This document shows positions 46,813 to 58,290 of a stretch of 64,000 nt of DNA, one piece after another. Position numbers and translations under genes: made by a program. This DNA comes from Escherichia phage vB_EcoM_WFbE185. The notes beneath the pieces were generated by a model. It searched no databases. It saw only the letters and a program-made list of their open reading frames with translations, and was not told the DNA's origin. The number at the start of each line of letters is the position of its first letter. The first letter of the stretch is position 1. The stretch lies in sequence record MK373778.1. One strand, 5' to 3'.

Positions 46813-47634
46813 TTAAGATTTCCAAACAGTATTCGCAGAGAAACGTTTTCCTTTTGACATAAACTGCTGAGTAGGTAACATGATTATGTTAGCCCAGTCT
46901 TTAGGAGCTATTTCTGTTATTGTTCCTCTAATGTGGCCTGGCAGATATGCTTTAATCATTTTGTCAGCACCTTGAAATCCTTTCACCTTGCTCCAGTCTA
47001 TCTTCAACTTTGTGTTATTAGTAATAGTAGTTGTGCTAGCATATTGCTTCAGCAATTCTTCAAGAAACTGTTGACGTGCTTTAGGTGGGATATAGTGCAA
47101 GTTTAATCCATACATCAAATTATGTTTACCTAATCCTAAATAAATAATCAAAGGATATCTGTCCCAATACGGCAGAGTATCTTTATGTTTAGCATCATAC
47201 ACGTAAGTATAAATTTTGCCTGGCGTAGGCTTGACTACTTTATGACCTTTTACACTTTTCTTAATTGTTTCAACAAACCACTTAGATGATTTGTTGTTTA
47301 CTGCTGCGCCTTCATTTCTAATCTTTTCTCGTATTGAACTGCGAAACGAGTTTATCATCAGAAGTTGACGTTCTTGCTTATTGAGTTTATTTTTAGGTTT
47401 AGATTCAAGCGTTTCAATTTTCTGTGCGGTCTTAATAGATGATGCATATCTAGACATTGCAGATGTAAACGACGAGTATTTTATTCCTTTTGATTCTGCA
47501 AATGCTTTTGCAGTGATTCCTTTCTCTTTAGCTTTCTTGTATTCTAATCCTATCTCAATCCATTTTCTTTCATTCATAGACTGAGCAATCTTAGGGGCTT
47601 GTACGCCTTCAGATATAATTTGGAATATGCTCAT
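46813..47634 (-). CDS. 2: DNA end protector protein gp2
   Basis: 273 aa basic protein between genes 3 and 4. Confidence 0.8.
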   Translation of the reverse strand: MSIFQIISEGVQAPKIAQSMNERKWIEIGLEYKKAKEKGITAKAFAESKGIKYSSFTSAMSRYASSIKTAQKIETLESKPKNKLNKQERQLLMINSFRSSIREKIRNEGAAVNNKSSKWFVETIKKSVKGHKVVKPTPGKIYTYVYDAKHKDTLPYWDRYPLIIYLGLGKHNLMYGLNLHYIPPKARQQFLEELLKQYASTTTITNNTKLKIDWSKVKGFQGADKMIKAYLPGHIRGTITEIAPKDWANIIMLPTQQFMSKGKRFSANTVWKS

Positions 47635-47636
47635 AA

Positions 47637-48086
47637 TTACCCCTTGTATCCGAGTTTTCTAAGACCATCTTCGGTTAGAACTCGAAATTTTATATTTCTC
47701 TTTTCTGCGACAGCAGAAGCAGCTTTCCATTTGTCGCAGTTCACAGACCAGGTGTATATTTCATTCATATAACGTTTCTTTGCTGCGGTAGTAAGATTTG
47801 CAGGCTTAATAGGTGGTTGAGTTTCTTTCTTTGGTTTTATTTCTACAAAGAACTCTTGACCTGATGCATCTTTCATCCATATGTCCATATAGTATCGACG
47901 TTTCTTACCTTCAGCATTACAAAAATATGGAATTACTGCTGTTTCACTACCCCATGCAATAATTTCCGGATTTTTATCCAACCATTCGAAAAAGAATTTT
48001 TCCCAGTTTGAACGATACGTTATTTTGGTATGGTCTCCACGGTATTTTTTTAAATTTTTTGGGACCCATTTACCAGAGTAGGCCAT
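47637..48086 (-). CDS. 4: Head completion protein gp4
   Basis: ORF track 47637..48230 trimmed to ATG 48086 (SD GGAGGA); [18 protein letters not shown] matches remembered T4 gp4; late promoter upstream. Confidence 0.9.
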   Translation of the reverse strand: MAYSGKWVPKNLKKYRGDHTKITYRSNWEKFFFEWLDKNPEIIAWGSETAVIPYFCNAEGKKRRYYMDIWMKDASGQEFFVEIKPKKETQPPIKPANLTTAAKKRYMNEIYTWSVNCDKWKAASAVAEKRNIKFRVLTEDGLRKLGYKG

Positions 48087-48097
48087 GTTGTCCTCCT

Positions 48098-48105
48098 TAT
48101 AAATA
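48098..48105 (+). promoter_or_regulatory. Late promoter TATAAATA for gene 53
   Basis: Exact TATAAATA about 43 nt upstream of ATG 48148. Confidence 0.7.
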
Positions 48106-48112
48106 GTATTAT

Positions 48113-48120
48113 TATTTATA
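48113..48120 (-). promoter_or_regulatory. Late promoter TATAAATA for gene 4
   Basis: Plus tatttata, 27 nt upstream of ATG 48086; divergent from the gene 53 promoter. Confidence 0.7.
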
Positions 48121-48147
48121 CCAATTTCATATTGGAAGGAGACTATC

Positions 48148-48723
48148 TTGTTATTTACATTCTTCGACCCAATAGGATATAGTGCTAAAACAGTTAATAA
48201 GAATGCACCTACTATTCCTATGACAGACATATTTCGTAACTATAAAGAGTACTTTAAGCGTGTGGCTGCCAATTATAGATTACGTTCTTATTATATTAAA
48301 GGCTCTCCACGTCCTGAAGAACTAGCTAATATCATTTATGGCAACCCGCAATTATACTGGGTTCTTTTGATGTGCAACGATAACTACGACCCGTATTATG
48401 GTTGGATTACATCTCAGGAAGCAGCGTATCAAGCTTCTATTCAGAAATATGCAAATGCTGGTGGAGACCAAATTCTTTACCATATTAATGAGAACCGTGA
48501 GAAATTTTACAATTTAGTTTCATATCCAGACGAGCCTTTAGTGTGGTACGATAAAGGTGATGAAGCTCGTAAGTATCCGCAATATAAAGGACCTTTAGCT
48601 GCAGTAGATACTTATGAAGCGGCAGTATTAGATAACGAAAAACTTCGTAAAATAAAAATTGTTGCAAAAGAAGATATAAACTCGTTTATTACAGATTTGA
48701 TTCGTGAGATGGAGATTGCATAA
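48148..48723 (+). CDS. 53: Baseplate wedge protein gp53
   Basis: 191 aa; MLFTFFDPIGYSAKTVNKNAPTIPMTDIFRNYK matches remembered T4 gp53. Confidence 0.9.
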   Translation: MLFTFFDPIGYSAKTVNKNAPTIPMTDIFRNYKEYFKRVAANYRLRSYYIKGSPRPEELANIIYGNPQLYWVLLMCNDNYDPYYGWITSQEAAYQASIQKYANAGGDQILYHINENREKFYNLVSYPDEPLVWYDKGDEARKYPQYKGPLAAVDTYEAAVLDNEKLRKIKIVAKEDINSFITDLIREMEIA

Positions 48724-50456
48724 TGGAAATGATTAGCAGTAGCCTTAATTGGTTCGTGGGTGTTGTCGAGGACAGAATGGACCCATTAAAACAAGGGCGA
48801 GTTCGAGTGCGAGTAGTTGGACTTCATCCAGCACAGAGAGTACAAGGCGATGTGCAGGGTATTCCTACAGAAAAACTTCCATGGATGACTGTTATTCAAC
48901 CTATTACGTCTGCATCAATGTCAGGTATTGGTGGTTCTGTTACAGGTCCTGTTGAAGGAACTCGAGTATATGGTCATTTCTTAGACAAATGGAAAACAAA
49001 CGGGATTGTACTTGGCACATACGGCGGAATCGTACGTGAAAAGCCTAATAGACTTGAAGGTTTTTCAGACCCGACAGGCCAGTATCCGCGACGTTTAGGT
49101 AATGATACGAACGTATTAAACCAAGGTGGTGAAGCTGGTTATTATTCGAACTCTAACGTAATTCAAGATAACAACTTGGATTATGGTATAAACCCAGATG
49201 ATACAGATTTAGCAAATATTCCAGAAGATGATGACCCTAATTTTACAATAACAGAAATGTTACGTCGTGACGAAGGTCTTCGTGATAAAGTGTATTGGGA
49301 CCATCTCGGGTATCCTACAGTAGGTATTGGACACCTTATCGTAATGGAAAAGACCCGAGATATGTCTCGAATTAATAAATTGTTATCTGATCAAGTAGGG
49401 CGTGAAGTAACAGGAAATCCGGGAACTATTACATTAGAAGAAGCAACAGCGTTATTTGAGAAGGACCTTGCTAAGATGCAGAAAGACATTCGTTCTAATT
49501 CTAAAGTAGGTCCTGTTTATGCTAAAATGAACAGATCTCGCCAAATGGCATTAGAAAACATGTGCTTCCAAATGGGCGTTGGTGGTGTAGCAAAATTCAA
49601 TACTATGCTTAAAGCAATGGCCGAAGGTGATTGGAAAACTGCATACAAATCTGGGCGTGATTCATTATGGTTCCAACAGACTAAAGGACGCGCTTCACGT
49701 GTAACAACAATTATTTTAACCGGTAACATGGAATCATACGGTGTTCCTGTTAAAACACCGCCTTCACCAGGAGTTGGTGCCGATTTAGTTACTAGAAATA
49801 CCGATTCAGAAGACCCGGCAGGTCCTCCTGTTCCATTAGATTCACGCATCCTTTTTAAAGAACCGGAATCAAGTTATCGTGGTGAGTACCCATATGTTCA
49901 TGCTATGGAAACAGAAAGTGGCCATATCCAAGAATTTGACGATACTCCAGGTAATGAACGTTATCGCTTAGTTCATCCAACAGGGTCATATGAGGAAGTT
50001 TCTCCATCAGGCCGTCGTACTCGTAAAACTGTAGAAGACCTTTTTGACATCACTAATGGTGACGGGAACTTCTTGATTTCTGGCGATAAGCTTGTTAACG
50101 TTGGTGCTAATGAAATATATTATAACATGGCAGACCGCCTCCATCAAATAGACGGCAATGACACAATCTTTATTCGTGGTAACCAATCTAAAACTGTTGA
50201 AGGCGATGGAACTCTTTACGTTAAGGGTAATATCAAAATAGTTGTTGACGGAAATGCAGATATTCTTGTTAAAGGTGATGCTAAAACTCAGGTAGAAGGG
50301 AATCATGATTACACCGTCAACGGAAACGTTAAATGGACTGTTAATGGTAATGTTGATATGACTGTTGCCGGGGATTGGGCAGAAACAATGTCTACAATGA
50401 GCTCAGTAGCTTCAGGACAATACACTGTTGACGGATCTCGTATTGATATTGGGTAA
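48723..50456 (+). CDS. 5: Baseplate hub and tail lysozyme gp5
   Basis: 577 aa; N-terminal OB domain, lysozyme domain (EGLRDKVYWDHLGYPTVGIGHL), C-terminal VxGxxxxx beta-helix repeats. Confidence 0.95.
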   Translation: MEMISSSLNWFVGVVEDRMDPLKQGRVRVRVVGLHPAQRVQGDVQGIPTEKLPWMTVIQPITSASMSGIGGSVTGPVEGTRVYGHFLDKWKTNGIVLGTYGGIVREKPNRLEGFSDPTGQYPRRLGNDTNVLNQGGEAGYYSNSNVIQDNNLDYGINPDDTDLANIPEDDDPNFTITEMLRRDEGLRDKVYWDHLGYPTVGIGHLIVMEKTRDMSRINKLLSDQVGREVTGNPGTITLEEATALFEKDLAKMQKDIRSNSKVGPVYAKMNRSRQMALENMCFQMGVGGVAKFNTMLKAMAEGDWKTAYKSGRDSLWFQQTKGRASRVTTIILTGNMESYGVPVKTPPSPGVGADLVTRNTDSEDPAGPPVPLDSRILFKEPESSYRGEYPYVHAMETESGHIQEFDDTPGNERYRLVHPTGSYEEVSPSGRRTRKTVEDLFDITNGDGNFLISGDKLVNVGANEIYYNMADRLHQIDGNDTIFIRGNQSKTVEGDGTLYVKGNIKIVVDGNADILVKGDAKTQVEGNHDYTVNGNVKWTVNGNVDMTVAGDWAETMSTMSSVASGQYTVDGSRIDIG

Positions 50457-50459
50457 TAT

Positions 50460-50975
50460 ATGGCACAAATACTTCCTTTAAATACCGACTTAGGAGAAGA
50501 CATGGAAGGGGTGTCTATTGACGTCCTTTTTACTCCACAGTTAGAAACAACCGAAACTTTAGTGTCAATAAATATAACAGATTATGAACCGACACAAGGC
50601 ATTACGGTAGATGGTAATCGTTTATATGGAACATATGAAAGTGTGTTTAGCTTTTCTTCGGATGCATTGAAATACCGATTAAATGATGATTTTGAAACCG
50701 CATCTTCATGGGATGATTTACCAAAAGATGAATCAACACAGTTATATTTGTGGAGAGCTCCTCAGAATCTTCGTAAAGTGTTTAGTTATACGGTTGAAAT
50801 GATTTATAACCACCAAGAAGAAAGTTCATCAGGCGGTTCTAGAAGTGACTCTGGTACAGAACCTCCACCGGCCCCAGTACAAAAAACTCTTACTAAGGTT
50901 TATACAAAAACCATAGTAGGAAATTGGAGCAAATGGGCTCATCAATTACGAAACTATGTTTATGTGAGGCCGTGA
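50460..50975 (+). CDS. Hypothetical protein (gene 5.1 position)
   Basis: 171 aa ORF between genes 5 and 5.4. Confidence 0.6.
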   Translation: MAQILPLNTDLGEDMEGVSIDVLFTPQLETTETLVSINITDYEPTQGITVDGNRLYGTYESVFSFSSDALKYRLNDDFETASSWDDLPKDESTQLYLWRAPQNLRKVFSYTVEMIYNHQEESSSGGSRSDSGTEPPPAPVQKTLTKVYTKTIVGNWSKWAHQLRNYVYVRP

Positions 50976-50977
50976 AA

Positions 50978-51271
50978 ATGTCTGGCTTAAGTTACGACAA
51001 GTGCGTTACAACAGGTCATGAAGCATGGCCTCCTACTGTAATAAATGCTTCCCAATCTAAAGTATTCACCGGCGGTATTCCTGTTCTTGTGGCAGGAGAC
51101 CAAATAACACCTCATACAGAAATTAAAAAACCATACGAGACTCATGGAGGTGTTACTGAACCTCGTACATCTAAAGTATACGTCACCGGTAAAAAGGCCG
51201 TTCAAATGGCTGACCCAATTTCATGCGGGGATACTGTTTCTCAGGCCTCGTCAAAAGTCTTTATCAAATAG
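50978..51271 (+). CDS. 5.4: Spike-tip PAAR-like protein gp5.4
   Basis: ORF track 50924..51271 trimmed to [14 protein letters not shown]; about 97 aa; position after gene 5. Confidence 0.7.
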   Translation: MSGLSYDKCVTTGHEAWPPTVINASQSKVFTGGIPVLVAGDQITPHTEIKKPYETHGGVTEPRTSKVYVTGKKAVQMADPISCGDTVSQASSKVFIK

Positions 51272-51279
51272 GAATTAAA

Positions 51280-53253
51280 ATGGCAAACACTCCTGTAAAT
51301 TATCAATTAACCCGAACAGCGAATGCTATTCCCGAGATTTTTATCGGGGGCACATTTGCCGAAATCAAACAGAACATTATCGAATGGCTCAATGGGCAGA
51401 ATGAATTTCTTGATTATGATTTTGAAGGTTCGCGTTTAAACGTATTGTGTGACCTTTTAGCATATAACACTCTTTACATCCAACAGTTCAGTAATAGTGC
51501 AGTGTATGAAAGTTTTATGCGTACTGCAAACTTGCGTAGTTCTGTTGTACAAGCGGCTCAAGATAACGGATATCTGCCTTCATCTAAATCAGCAGCACAA
51601 ACAGAAATTATGCTCACATGTACAGATGCATTAAATAGAAACTATATCACCATTCCACGTGGCACTCGTTTCTTAGCATACGCTAAAGATACTTCTGTTA
51701 ACCCATATAACTTTGTTTCTACTGAAGATGTCATTGTAGTTAAAGACAAAAATAACCAATATTTTCCACGTCTTCGATTAGCTCAAGGACGTATTGTTCG
51801 CACTGAATTAACATTTGATAGATTAAAACCTATCATTATTCGTGATAAGAATATTGACCGTAATTTGGTTAAGTTGTATGTTGACGGAGCAGAATGGATT
51901 AACTGGACTCGTAAGTCGATGGTTCACGCTGGTTCTACGTCAACAATCTATTATATGCGTGAAACAGTTGATGGGAACACCGAATTTTATTTTGGTGAAG
52001 GCGAAATCTCTATTAACACGTCAGAAGGTGCGTTAACATCTAACTATATTGGTGGCCTTAAACCTGTTCAGGGTTCTAAAATCGTAATTGAGTATATTTC
52101 TACTAATGGCGCAGACGCTAACGGTGCCGTAGGATTTTCTTATGCTGATACATTAGCTAATATCACGGTGATCGATATTAACGAGAACCCTAGCAATAAC
52201 CCAGACTTTGTTGGGGCTGACGGCGGTGGTGACCCTGAAGATATTGAACGTATCCGCGAATTAGGCACAATTAAACGCGAAACTCAACAACGTTGTGTAA
52301 CCGCTTCCGACTATGACACATTCGTTTCTGAGCGGTTTGGTTCTATTATTCAAGCGGTTCAAACATTCACAGATTCATCTAAACCAGGGTACGCATATAT
52401 TGCTGCTAAGCCTAAATCTGGATTGTATTTGACTTCTGTTCAACGCGACGACATCAAAAACTATTTAAATGATTATAACTTAGGGACTATTACACCTGTT
52501 GTTATTTCGCCCGACTATTTGTTTATCAAAATGAATATCAAAGTTACATACGCGTTGAATAAACTTCAAGAATCAGAGCAATACCTTGAAGGACAGATTA
52601 TTAATAAGATAGACCGTTATTATATTGAAGATGTAGAAATTTTTAACTCATCGTTTGCAAAATCTAAAATGCTAACTTATGTCGATGATGCAGATATTTC
52701 TATTATTGGTTCTTCAGCTACTATTCAAATGGTTCGCGAAGTACAAAACTTCTATAAAACGCCTGAGGCCGGTATTAAATACAATAATCAGATTAAAGAT
52801 AGATCGATGGAATCTAATATATTCTCGTTTGATTCGCACAGACCTAATCCAGAAAATGCAAACGAAACTATTAAATATGGTGTTCGCATAGTATCTTCTG
52901 ACCGTAATGACCGTGGCATAGGTCAAGTTATTATTGGCCCATTTGCAGACGGCGATGTTGTTGAAAACGAAAATATACAACCTTATACAGGTAATGATTT
53001 TAATAAACTTACTGTTACTGACGGACGAAACAAATACTATTCAATTGGTGAAGTGAATTATCCTGCCGATTCGATTTATTGGAACATTGCTAAAATTGAC
53101 CTCACTTCAGACCGTTTTGAAGTTCAAACAATTGAACTTTATTCCGACCCTGCGGATGATATTATTTTTACAAAGGATGGTTCTTTAATCGTATTCGAAA
53201 ATGACTTACGTCCTCAGTACTTAACTATAGATTTGGAGCCTATTTCACAATGA
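51280..53253 (+). CDS. 6: Baseplate wedge protein gp6
   Basis: ORF track 51223..53253 trimmed to ATG 51280 (MANTPVNYQ); about 657 aa. Confidence 0.9.
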   Translation: MANTPVNYQLTRTANAIPEIFIGGTFAEIKQNIIEWLNGQNEFLDYDFEGSRLNVLCDLLAYNTLYIQQFSNSAVYESFMRTANLRSSVVQAAQDNGYLPSSKSAAQTEIMLTCTDALNRNYITIPRGTRFLAYAKDTSVNPYNFVSTEDVIVVKDKNNQYFPRLRLAQGRIVRTELTFDRLKPIIIRDKNIDRNLVKLYVDGAEWINWTRKSMVHAGSTSTIYYMRETVDGNTEFYFGEGEISINTSEGALTSNYIGGLKPVQGSKIVIEYISTNGADANGAVGFSYADTLANITVIDINENPSNNPDFVGADGGGDPEDIERIRELGTIKRETQQRCVTASDYDTFVSERFGSIIQAVQTFTDSSKPGYAYIAAKPKSGLYLTSVQRDDIKNYLNDYNLGTITPVVISPDYLFIKMNIKVTYALNKLQESEQYLEGQIINKIDRYYIEDVEIFNSSFAKSKMLTYVDDADISIIGSSATIQMVREVQNFYKTPEAGIKYNNQIKDRSMESNIFSFDSHRPNPENANETIKYGVRIVSSDRNDRGIGQVIIGPFADGDVVENENIQPYTGNDFNKLTVTDGRNKYYSIGEVNYPADSIYWNIAKIDLTSDRFEVQTIELYSDPADDIIFTKDGSLIVFENDLRPQYLTIDLEPISQ

Positions 53254-56200
53254 CAGTAAAAGCGCCAGCAGTCACAAGTCTCAGAATATCCAAGTTGTCC
53301 GCTAACCAAGTTCAAATACGCTGGGATGACGTTGGTGCTAATTTCTACTATTTCGTAGAAATCGCTGAGACTAAAACGGCAGACGGGGAAATAATTCCCC
53401 CTGCCAGCTACAGATGGATAAATTTAGGATATACTCCTAATAGCAACTGGTTCGAAAGTAGCTTAGACCCATTAACTTCTTATATTATTCGTGTATCAAC
53501 TGCAGCCGAAGGCTTCGAGAGATCTGATTGGGTATATACCGAAATATTTGAATCATTTCAGACTAACGCGTATACATTTCAACATATGATTGAAATGCAA
53601 TTGGCTAACACTTTTATTAGAGAAAAATTTACAAATAATAACATGGCTTATGTCGATTTTAATAACGACACTATAATGGCAGCTCTAATGAATGAATCGT
53701 TCCAATTTAGCCCTGCTTATGCGGATATTTCATCTATTAAAAATTTCATTATTGGCGAAAATGAGTATCATGAAATTCAAGGTTCGATTCAACAGGTGTG
53801 TCATGATATAAACCGTGTTTATTTGATGGAATCCGAAGGAATTCTTTATTTGTTTGAACGGTATCAGCCTGTGGTTAAAGTCTCTAATGATAAGGGACAA
53901 ACCTGGAAATCGGTTAAATTGTTTAATGACCGTGTAGGGTACCCTGTATCAAGAACAGTGTATTACCAGACAGGTTATACCACGTATGTTCTTGGGTACG
54001 ATAAATTATTTTACGGTCGTAAATCAACAGACGTTCGTTGGTCTGCTGATGACGTGAGATTTAGTTCCCAAGATATAACATTTGCTAAAATTGGTGACCA
54101 GTTAAATTTAGGATATGATGTAGAAATATTTGGTAACTACGCATCATTACCTGCTAACGTATCACGTATTGCAGAAGCTATCGTTTGCAACGACGATTAT
54201 GTATACGTTGCTGCTCGAGATAAAGTTCGTTTTATTAAAACTAGTAATGCCCCTATTGATTCAGACCCGTTATCTCCGACATATTCCGAACGTTTGTTTG
54301 AACAAGAAACATTTAACATCACAGGTAACCCTAAGGCAGTTTGCTATAAAATGGATTCTGTTGGTGGTAAAATATTTGCACTGATTATCGGTGAAGTTGT
54401 TAATCTTAACGATGACCCGAGGACCACTCCTATTGTTGATTCTGCTGATAAGGGTGTTTACGTTCTAGACCATGACGCTGGCACATTTAAACGTGTGTTT
54501 GGTAATACTGAAGAAGAACGTCGCCGTATTGAACCAGGGTACACTAGTATGTCTACCGATGGTGTTGAGTTATCTATTTCATCTAGTAATTTTAAATTTC
54601 TAGAATCTGATATTGTTGATGACCCAAAAACACAAATCAAGTACGGTTTAATCGGTGCTGTTAAATATGAGTATCCTCGTGAATGGCTGGCTGATAAACA
54701 TTATCATATGATGGCATTTATTTCAACTGAAGACTCTCAATGGGAATCGTTCACTCCTCAACCGATGGAATACTATGCCGAGCCATTCTTTAGTTATTCT
54801 AGAAAGTCTGGTACTCGTTGTTGGATTAATAACTCAGACAAGGCCGTTGTAATTTATTCTGATTTACTTTACACTAAGGTTATTGAGAATCATCCACTTA
54901 GTTCTTCAGACCGTGAAGTTCATGAATATTGGAAGGACGGTGACTGTACAATAGTGATGCCTAACGTAGATTTCACCGGATTTAAAAAATATGCATCCGG
55001 CATGATTTTCTATAAATCATCAGGTGAGATTATTTCTTATTATGATTTTAGTTATCGTGTTAGAGATAATGTTTCTATAATTTGGAAGCCTACTAATATA
55101 TTCTTAACAGCATCATTACAAAACCAAGAAAAAGATACCACATGGACTCCTGTAGAAGAGAACGGTATTGCAGACCCAGATTTACGACCATTGCTCACTA
55201 CAATGATGCCGGAGTCTTATCTTTTAGATAATACAAACTTCGAAGCATTCTGCGAGGCTTATATTCAGTATCTTTCTGACGGTTATGGGACCCATTATAA
55301 CAACCTTTTAAATCTTATTAAAAATCAATATCCGCGCGAAGAACATGCGTGGGAATATTTATGGTCTGAGATTTATAAACGAAACATTTACTTAAACGCA
55401 GAAAAACGCGATTTAGTGTCTCGTTTCTTTGAATCAAGAAGTTATGACTTCTATTCAACTAAAGGAACTGAAGCATCATATAAATTCTTGTTTAAAGTGC
55501 TTTATAACGAAGATGTTGAAATTGAAATTGAATCTAGTTCCGGGACCGAATATGATATCATCGTTGAATCTGATTCGTTGACAGAAGATTTGGTCGGACA
55601 AACCATATACACCGCGACAGGACGTTGTAATGTGACGTATATCGAGAGAAGTTACTCTAAAGGTAAATTACAATGGACTGTAACAATTCACAACCTCTTA
55701 GGTCGTTTAATCCAAGGACAGGAAGTTAAAGCTGAAAGACTCCCTGGTTTTGAAGGTGAAATTGTTCGTGGTATTAAAGGTAAAGAGCTTTCTCAGAACA
55801 ACATCGATTACATAAATCGTGGTAGAGCATACTACGTAATGAAGATTAAATCTAAACTTCCATCATCTCGTTGGAAATCAGACGTATTACGTTTTGTTCA
55901 TCCGGTTGGATTTGGATTTATCGCAATTACCCTTCTCACAATGTTTATTAACACCGGATTAACACTTAAACATGTTGAAACCGTTATTAATAAATACAAA
56001 AACTATAAGTGGGATTCTGGATTACCGACTAAATATGCAGACCGAGTGGCTAAATTAGACCCACAAGGAAATGTTGAGTTTGACCCTATTACAGGTAAAG
56101 CGATATATGAAATAGGCCCTATGGCTGGTCAAGATTATCCATTACCTGAAGATTATAACGCTGAAAACAATAACTCCATATTTCAAGGTCAACTTCCATC

Positions 56201-56348
56201 GGAACGACGTAAACTGATGAGCCCATTATTTGATGCGTCCGGAACAACATTCTCTAAATTTAGAGATTTGGTTGAACAGCGGTTAATCGATAATGTAGGA
56301 AATCCAAGAGACCCCGTGAATCCACCACAGGTTAAATTAGATGAATGA
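53250..56348 (+). CDS. 7: Baseplate wedge protein gp7
   Basis: 1032 aa; start overlaps gene 6 stop. Confidence 0.9.
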   Translation: MTVKAPAVTSLRISKLSANQVQIRWDDVGANFYYFVEIAETKTADGEIIPPASYRWINLGYTPNSNWFESSLDPLTSYIIRVSTAAEGFERSDWVYTEIFESFQTNAYTFQHMIEMQLANTFIREKFTNNNMAYVDFNNDTIMAALMNESFQFSPAYADISSIKNFIIGENEYHEIQGSIQQVCHDINRVYLMESEGILYLFERYQPVVKVSNDKGQTWKSVKLFNDRVGYPVSRTVYYQTGYTTYVLGYDKLFYGRKSTDVRWSADDVRFSSQDITFAKIGDQLNLGYDVEIFGNYASLPANVSRIAEAIVCNDDYVYVAARDKVRFIKTSNAPIDSDPLSPTYSERLFEQETFNITGNPKAVCYKMDSVGGKIFALIIGEVVNLNDDPRTTPIVDSADKGVYVLDHDAGTFKRVFGNTEEERRRIEPGYTSMSTDGVELSISSSNFKFLESDIVDDPKTQIKYGLIGAVKYEYPREWLADKHYHMMAFISTEDSQWESFTPQPMEYYAEPFFSYSRKSGTRCWINNSDKAVVIYSDLLYTKVIENHPLSSSDREVHEYWKDGDCTIVMPNVDFTGFKKYASGMIFYKSSGEIISYYDFSYRVRDNVSIIWKPTNIFLTASLQNQEKDTTWTPVEENGIADPDLRPLLTTMMPESYLLDNTNFEAFCEAYIQYLSDGYGTHYNNLLNLIKNQYPREEHAWEYLWSEIYKRNIYLNAEKRDLVSRFFESRSYDFYSTKGTEASYKFLFKVLYNEDVEIEIESSSGTEYDIIVESDSLTEDLVGQTIYTATGRCNVTYIERSYSKGKLQWTVTIHNLLGRLIQGQEVKAERLPGFEGEIVRGIKGKELSQNNIDYINRGRAYYVMKIKSKLPSSRWKSDVLRFVHPVGFGFIAITLLTMFINTGLTLKHVETVINKYKNYKWDSGLPTKYADRVAKLDPQGNVEFDPITGKAIYEIGPMAGQDYPLPEDYNAENNNSIFQGQLPSERRKLMSPLFDASGTTFSKFRDLVEQRLIDNVGNPRDPVNPPQVKLDE

Positions 56349-57345
56349 TTCAAGTGTTATCTATCGTGCAATAGTTACATCAAAATTTAGAACAGAGAAA
56401 ATGCTGAATTTTTATAATTCAGTTGGGGATGGAGATGATAAGAACTCCATTTATATTACGTTTGGACGTTCAGAGCCTTGGGCGTCAAATGAAAATGAGG
56501 TGGGCTTCGCCCCACCTTATCCTACAGATTCTGTTCTTGGTGTTACTGATATGTGGACCCATATGATGGGTACCGTTAAAGTTTTACCTTCAATGTTAGA
56601 TTCTGTTATTCCTAGACGTGATTGGGGAGATGTGCGATATCCAGACCCTTACACGTTTAGAATTAACGATATAGTCGCATGTAATACTGCTCCGTACAAC
56701 GCGACAGAAGTTGGAGCCGGTTGGTTAATTTACCGTTGTTTAGACGTCCCTGACGTAGGGCTCTGTTCAATAGAATCTTTAGATAATAAAGACGAATGTC
56801 TTAAATTAGGTGGTAAATGGACTCCGTCTGTTCGTTCTATGTCTCCTCCTGAAGGCAGAGGCGATGCTAATGGGGTTATCGAAACCGGTGATGGATATAT
56901 TTGGGAATATCTTTATGAGATCCCTGCCGATGTGTCAATTAACCGTTGCACTAATGAATATCTTGTAGTTCCATGGCCGGAAGAAATTAAAGAAGACCCC
57001 ACCCGTTGGGGATATGAAAATAACTTAACTTGGCAACAAGACGACTACGGCTTGATTTATCGTGTTAAAGCTAATACAATGCGGTTTAAAGCATATTTTG
57101 ATTCTGTTTATTTCCCTGAGGCAGCTTTGCCAGGTAACAAGGGTTTTAGACAGATATCAATTATCGCAAACCCATTAGAAGCTAAGAAAAATCCAAATGA
57201 CCCTAATGTTAAAGCAGAAAAGGATTATTACGACCCTAGAGACCTGCAACGTCATTCTGGTGAAATGATTTATATGGAAAACCGACCACCTGTTATTATG
57301 GCAATGGACCAAACAGAAGAAATTAACATTTTGTTTATGTTTTAA
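56341..57345 (+). CDS. 8: Baseplate wedge protein gp8
   Basis: 334 aa; synteny 7-8-9. Confidence 0.9.
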   Translation: MNDSSVIYRAIVTSKFRTEKMLNFYNSVGDGDDKNSIYITFGRSEPWASNENEVGFAPPYPTDSVLGVTDMWTHMMGTVKVLPSMLDSVIPRRDWGDVRYPDPYTFRINDIVACNTAPYNATEVGAGWLIYRCLDVPDVGLCSIESLDNKDECLKLGGKWTPSVRSMSPPEGRGDANGVIETGDGYIWEYLYEIPADVSINRCTNEYLVVPWPEEIKEDPTRWGYENNLTWQQDDYGLIYRVKANTMRFKAYFDSVYFPEAALPGNKGFRQISIIANPLEAKKNPNDPNVKAEKDYYDPRDLQRHSGEMIYMENRPPVIMAMDQTEEINILFMF

Positions 57346-57348
57346 TTA

Positions 57349-57372
57349 GGGAGCCTTCGGGCTCCCATTTTT
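57349..57372 (+). terminator. Rho-independent terminator after gene 8
   Basis: GGGAGCC-TTCG-GGCTCCC hairpin followed by ATTTTT. Confidence 0.65.
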
Positions 57373-57377
57373 GTATC

Positions 57378-57385
57378 TATAAATA
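57378..57385 (+). promoter_or_regulatory. Late promoter TATAAATA for gene 9
   Basis: Exact TATAAATA about 33 nt upstream of ATG 57418. Confidence 0.7.
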
Positions 57386-57417
57386 GAATATAATATCGGA
57401 CAACAAAAGGCAGAATT

Positions 57418-58290
57418 ATGGCATTTTTTAAGCAAACTCCTAAACAATTAATCGATACCGGCGAAATTGGTAATGCCTCAACAGGTGATATCTTATTCGA
57501 CGGTGGTAATAAAATAAATGACGATATCAACGCTATTTACAATGCATTTGGCGATCAACGTAAAATGGCCGTAGCAGATGGAACCGGACCTACAGGTCAA
57601 ACTATTCATGCCACAGGTTATTATCAAAAAGGAAAGGCGGTCGATTATCAAACTCCTATTAAACCAGGCACTATGCATGATATTGATGCTTCTGATGGTG
57701 GTGTGATTGTTATTATTGACCGTCCTGAATTAGGTGACTCTGTAGAATTCATAAACTCTAATGGGTCTATTTCTGTTAACAATCCTTTAAGTATCCAAGT
57801 AACTGATGGTTCAATTAAAGGTGTTCTTAATAATCTTGTTATTTCCACCCCTTATACCCATGTTGTTCTTCGTTGTGTTGAAATTAATGGGCCGACTTCA
57901 GTATGGAATTATTCTACTGATAGCATGTTTGGGCAGAAAGAATCTCCTGTCGATGGGACTTGGAGTCTTACAGGAAACACAGTTTCTATTCCTCTGTTTT
58001 ATCGCACAGATTATAACATGGCTAAATTGCTTGTTACATGTCAATCCGCTGACGGCAGAAAAATAAAAACATGTGAAATAAATATTCTAATAGATACAAT
58101 TAACTCAGAAGTTCTTTCTACCGAATTTGCAGTAATGCGAGTTGGTAATGTAGATGAAACCGACGAGATTGCTAATATTAGCTTTAGTATTATTAACAAC
58201 TTTGCTACTATGACGATTACATCCGATATTATTGGATTACGTTCGGCAGTTAAAATTATCTCAACTCAGAAAATTGGGGTCGCTCAATAA
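57418..58290 (+). CDS. 9: Baseplate wedge / long-tail-fibre socket protein gp9
   Basis: 290 aa; LIDTGEIGNASTGDILFDGGNKIN matches remembered T4 gp9. Confidence 0.9.
   Translation: MAFFKQTPKQLIDTGEIGNASTGDILFDGGNKINDDINAIYNAFGDQRKMAVADGTGPTGQTIHATGYYQKGKAVDYQTPIKPGTMHDIDASDGGVIVIIDRPELGDSVEFINSNGSISVNNPLSIQVTDGSIKGVLNNLVISTPYTHVVLRCVEINGPTSVWNYSTDSMFGQKESPVDGTWSLTGNTVSIPLFYRTDYNMAKLLVTCQSADGRKIKTCEINILIDTINSEVLSTEFAVMRVGNVDETDEIANISFSIINNFATMTITSDIIGLRSAVKIISTQKIGVAQ

Noticed and set aside
50100-50456. Periodic octapeptide-like repeats at the 3-prime end of gene 5
   Set aside because: This is the expected VxGxxxxx beta-helix needle of gp5, not a tandem DNA repeat of independent significance.
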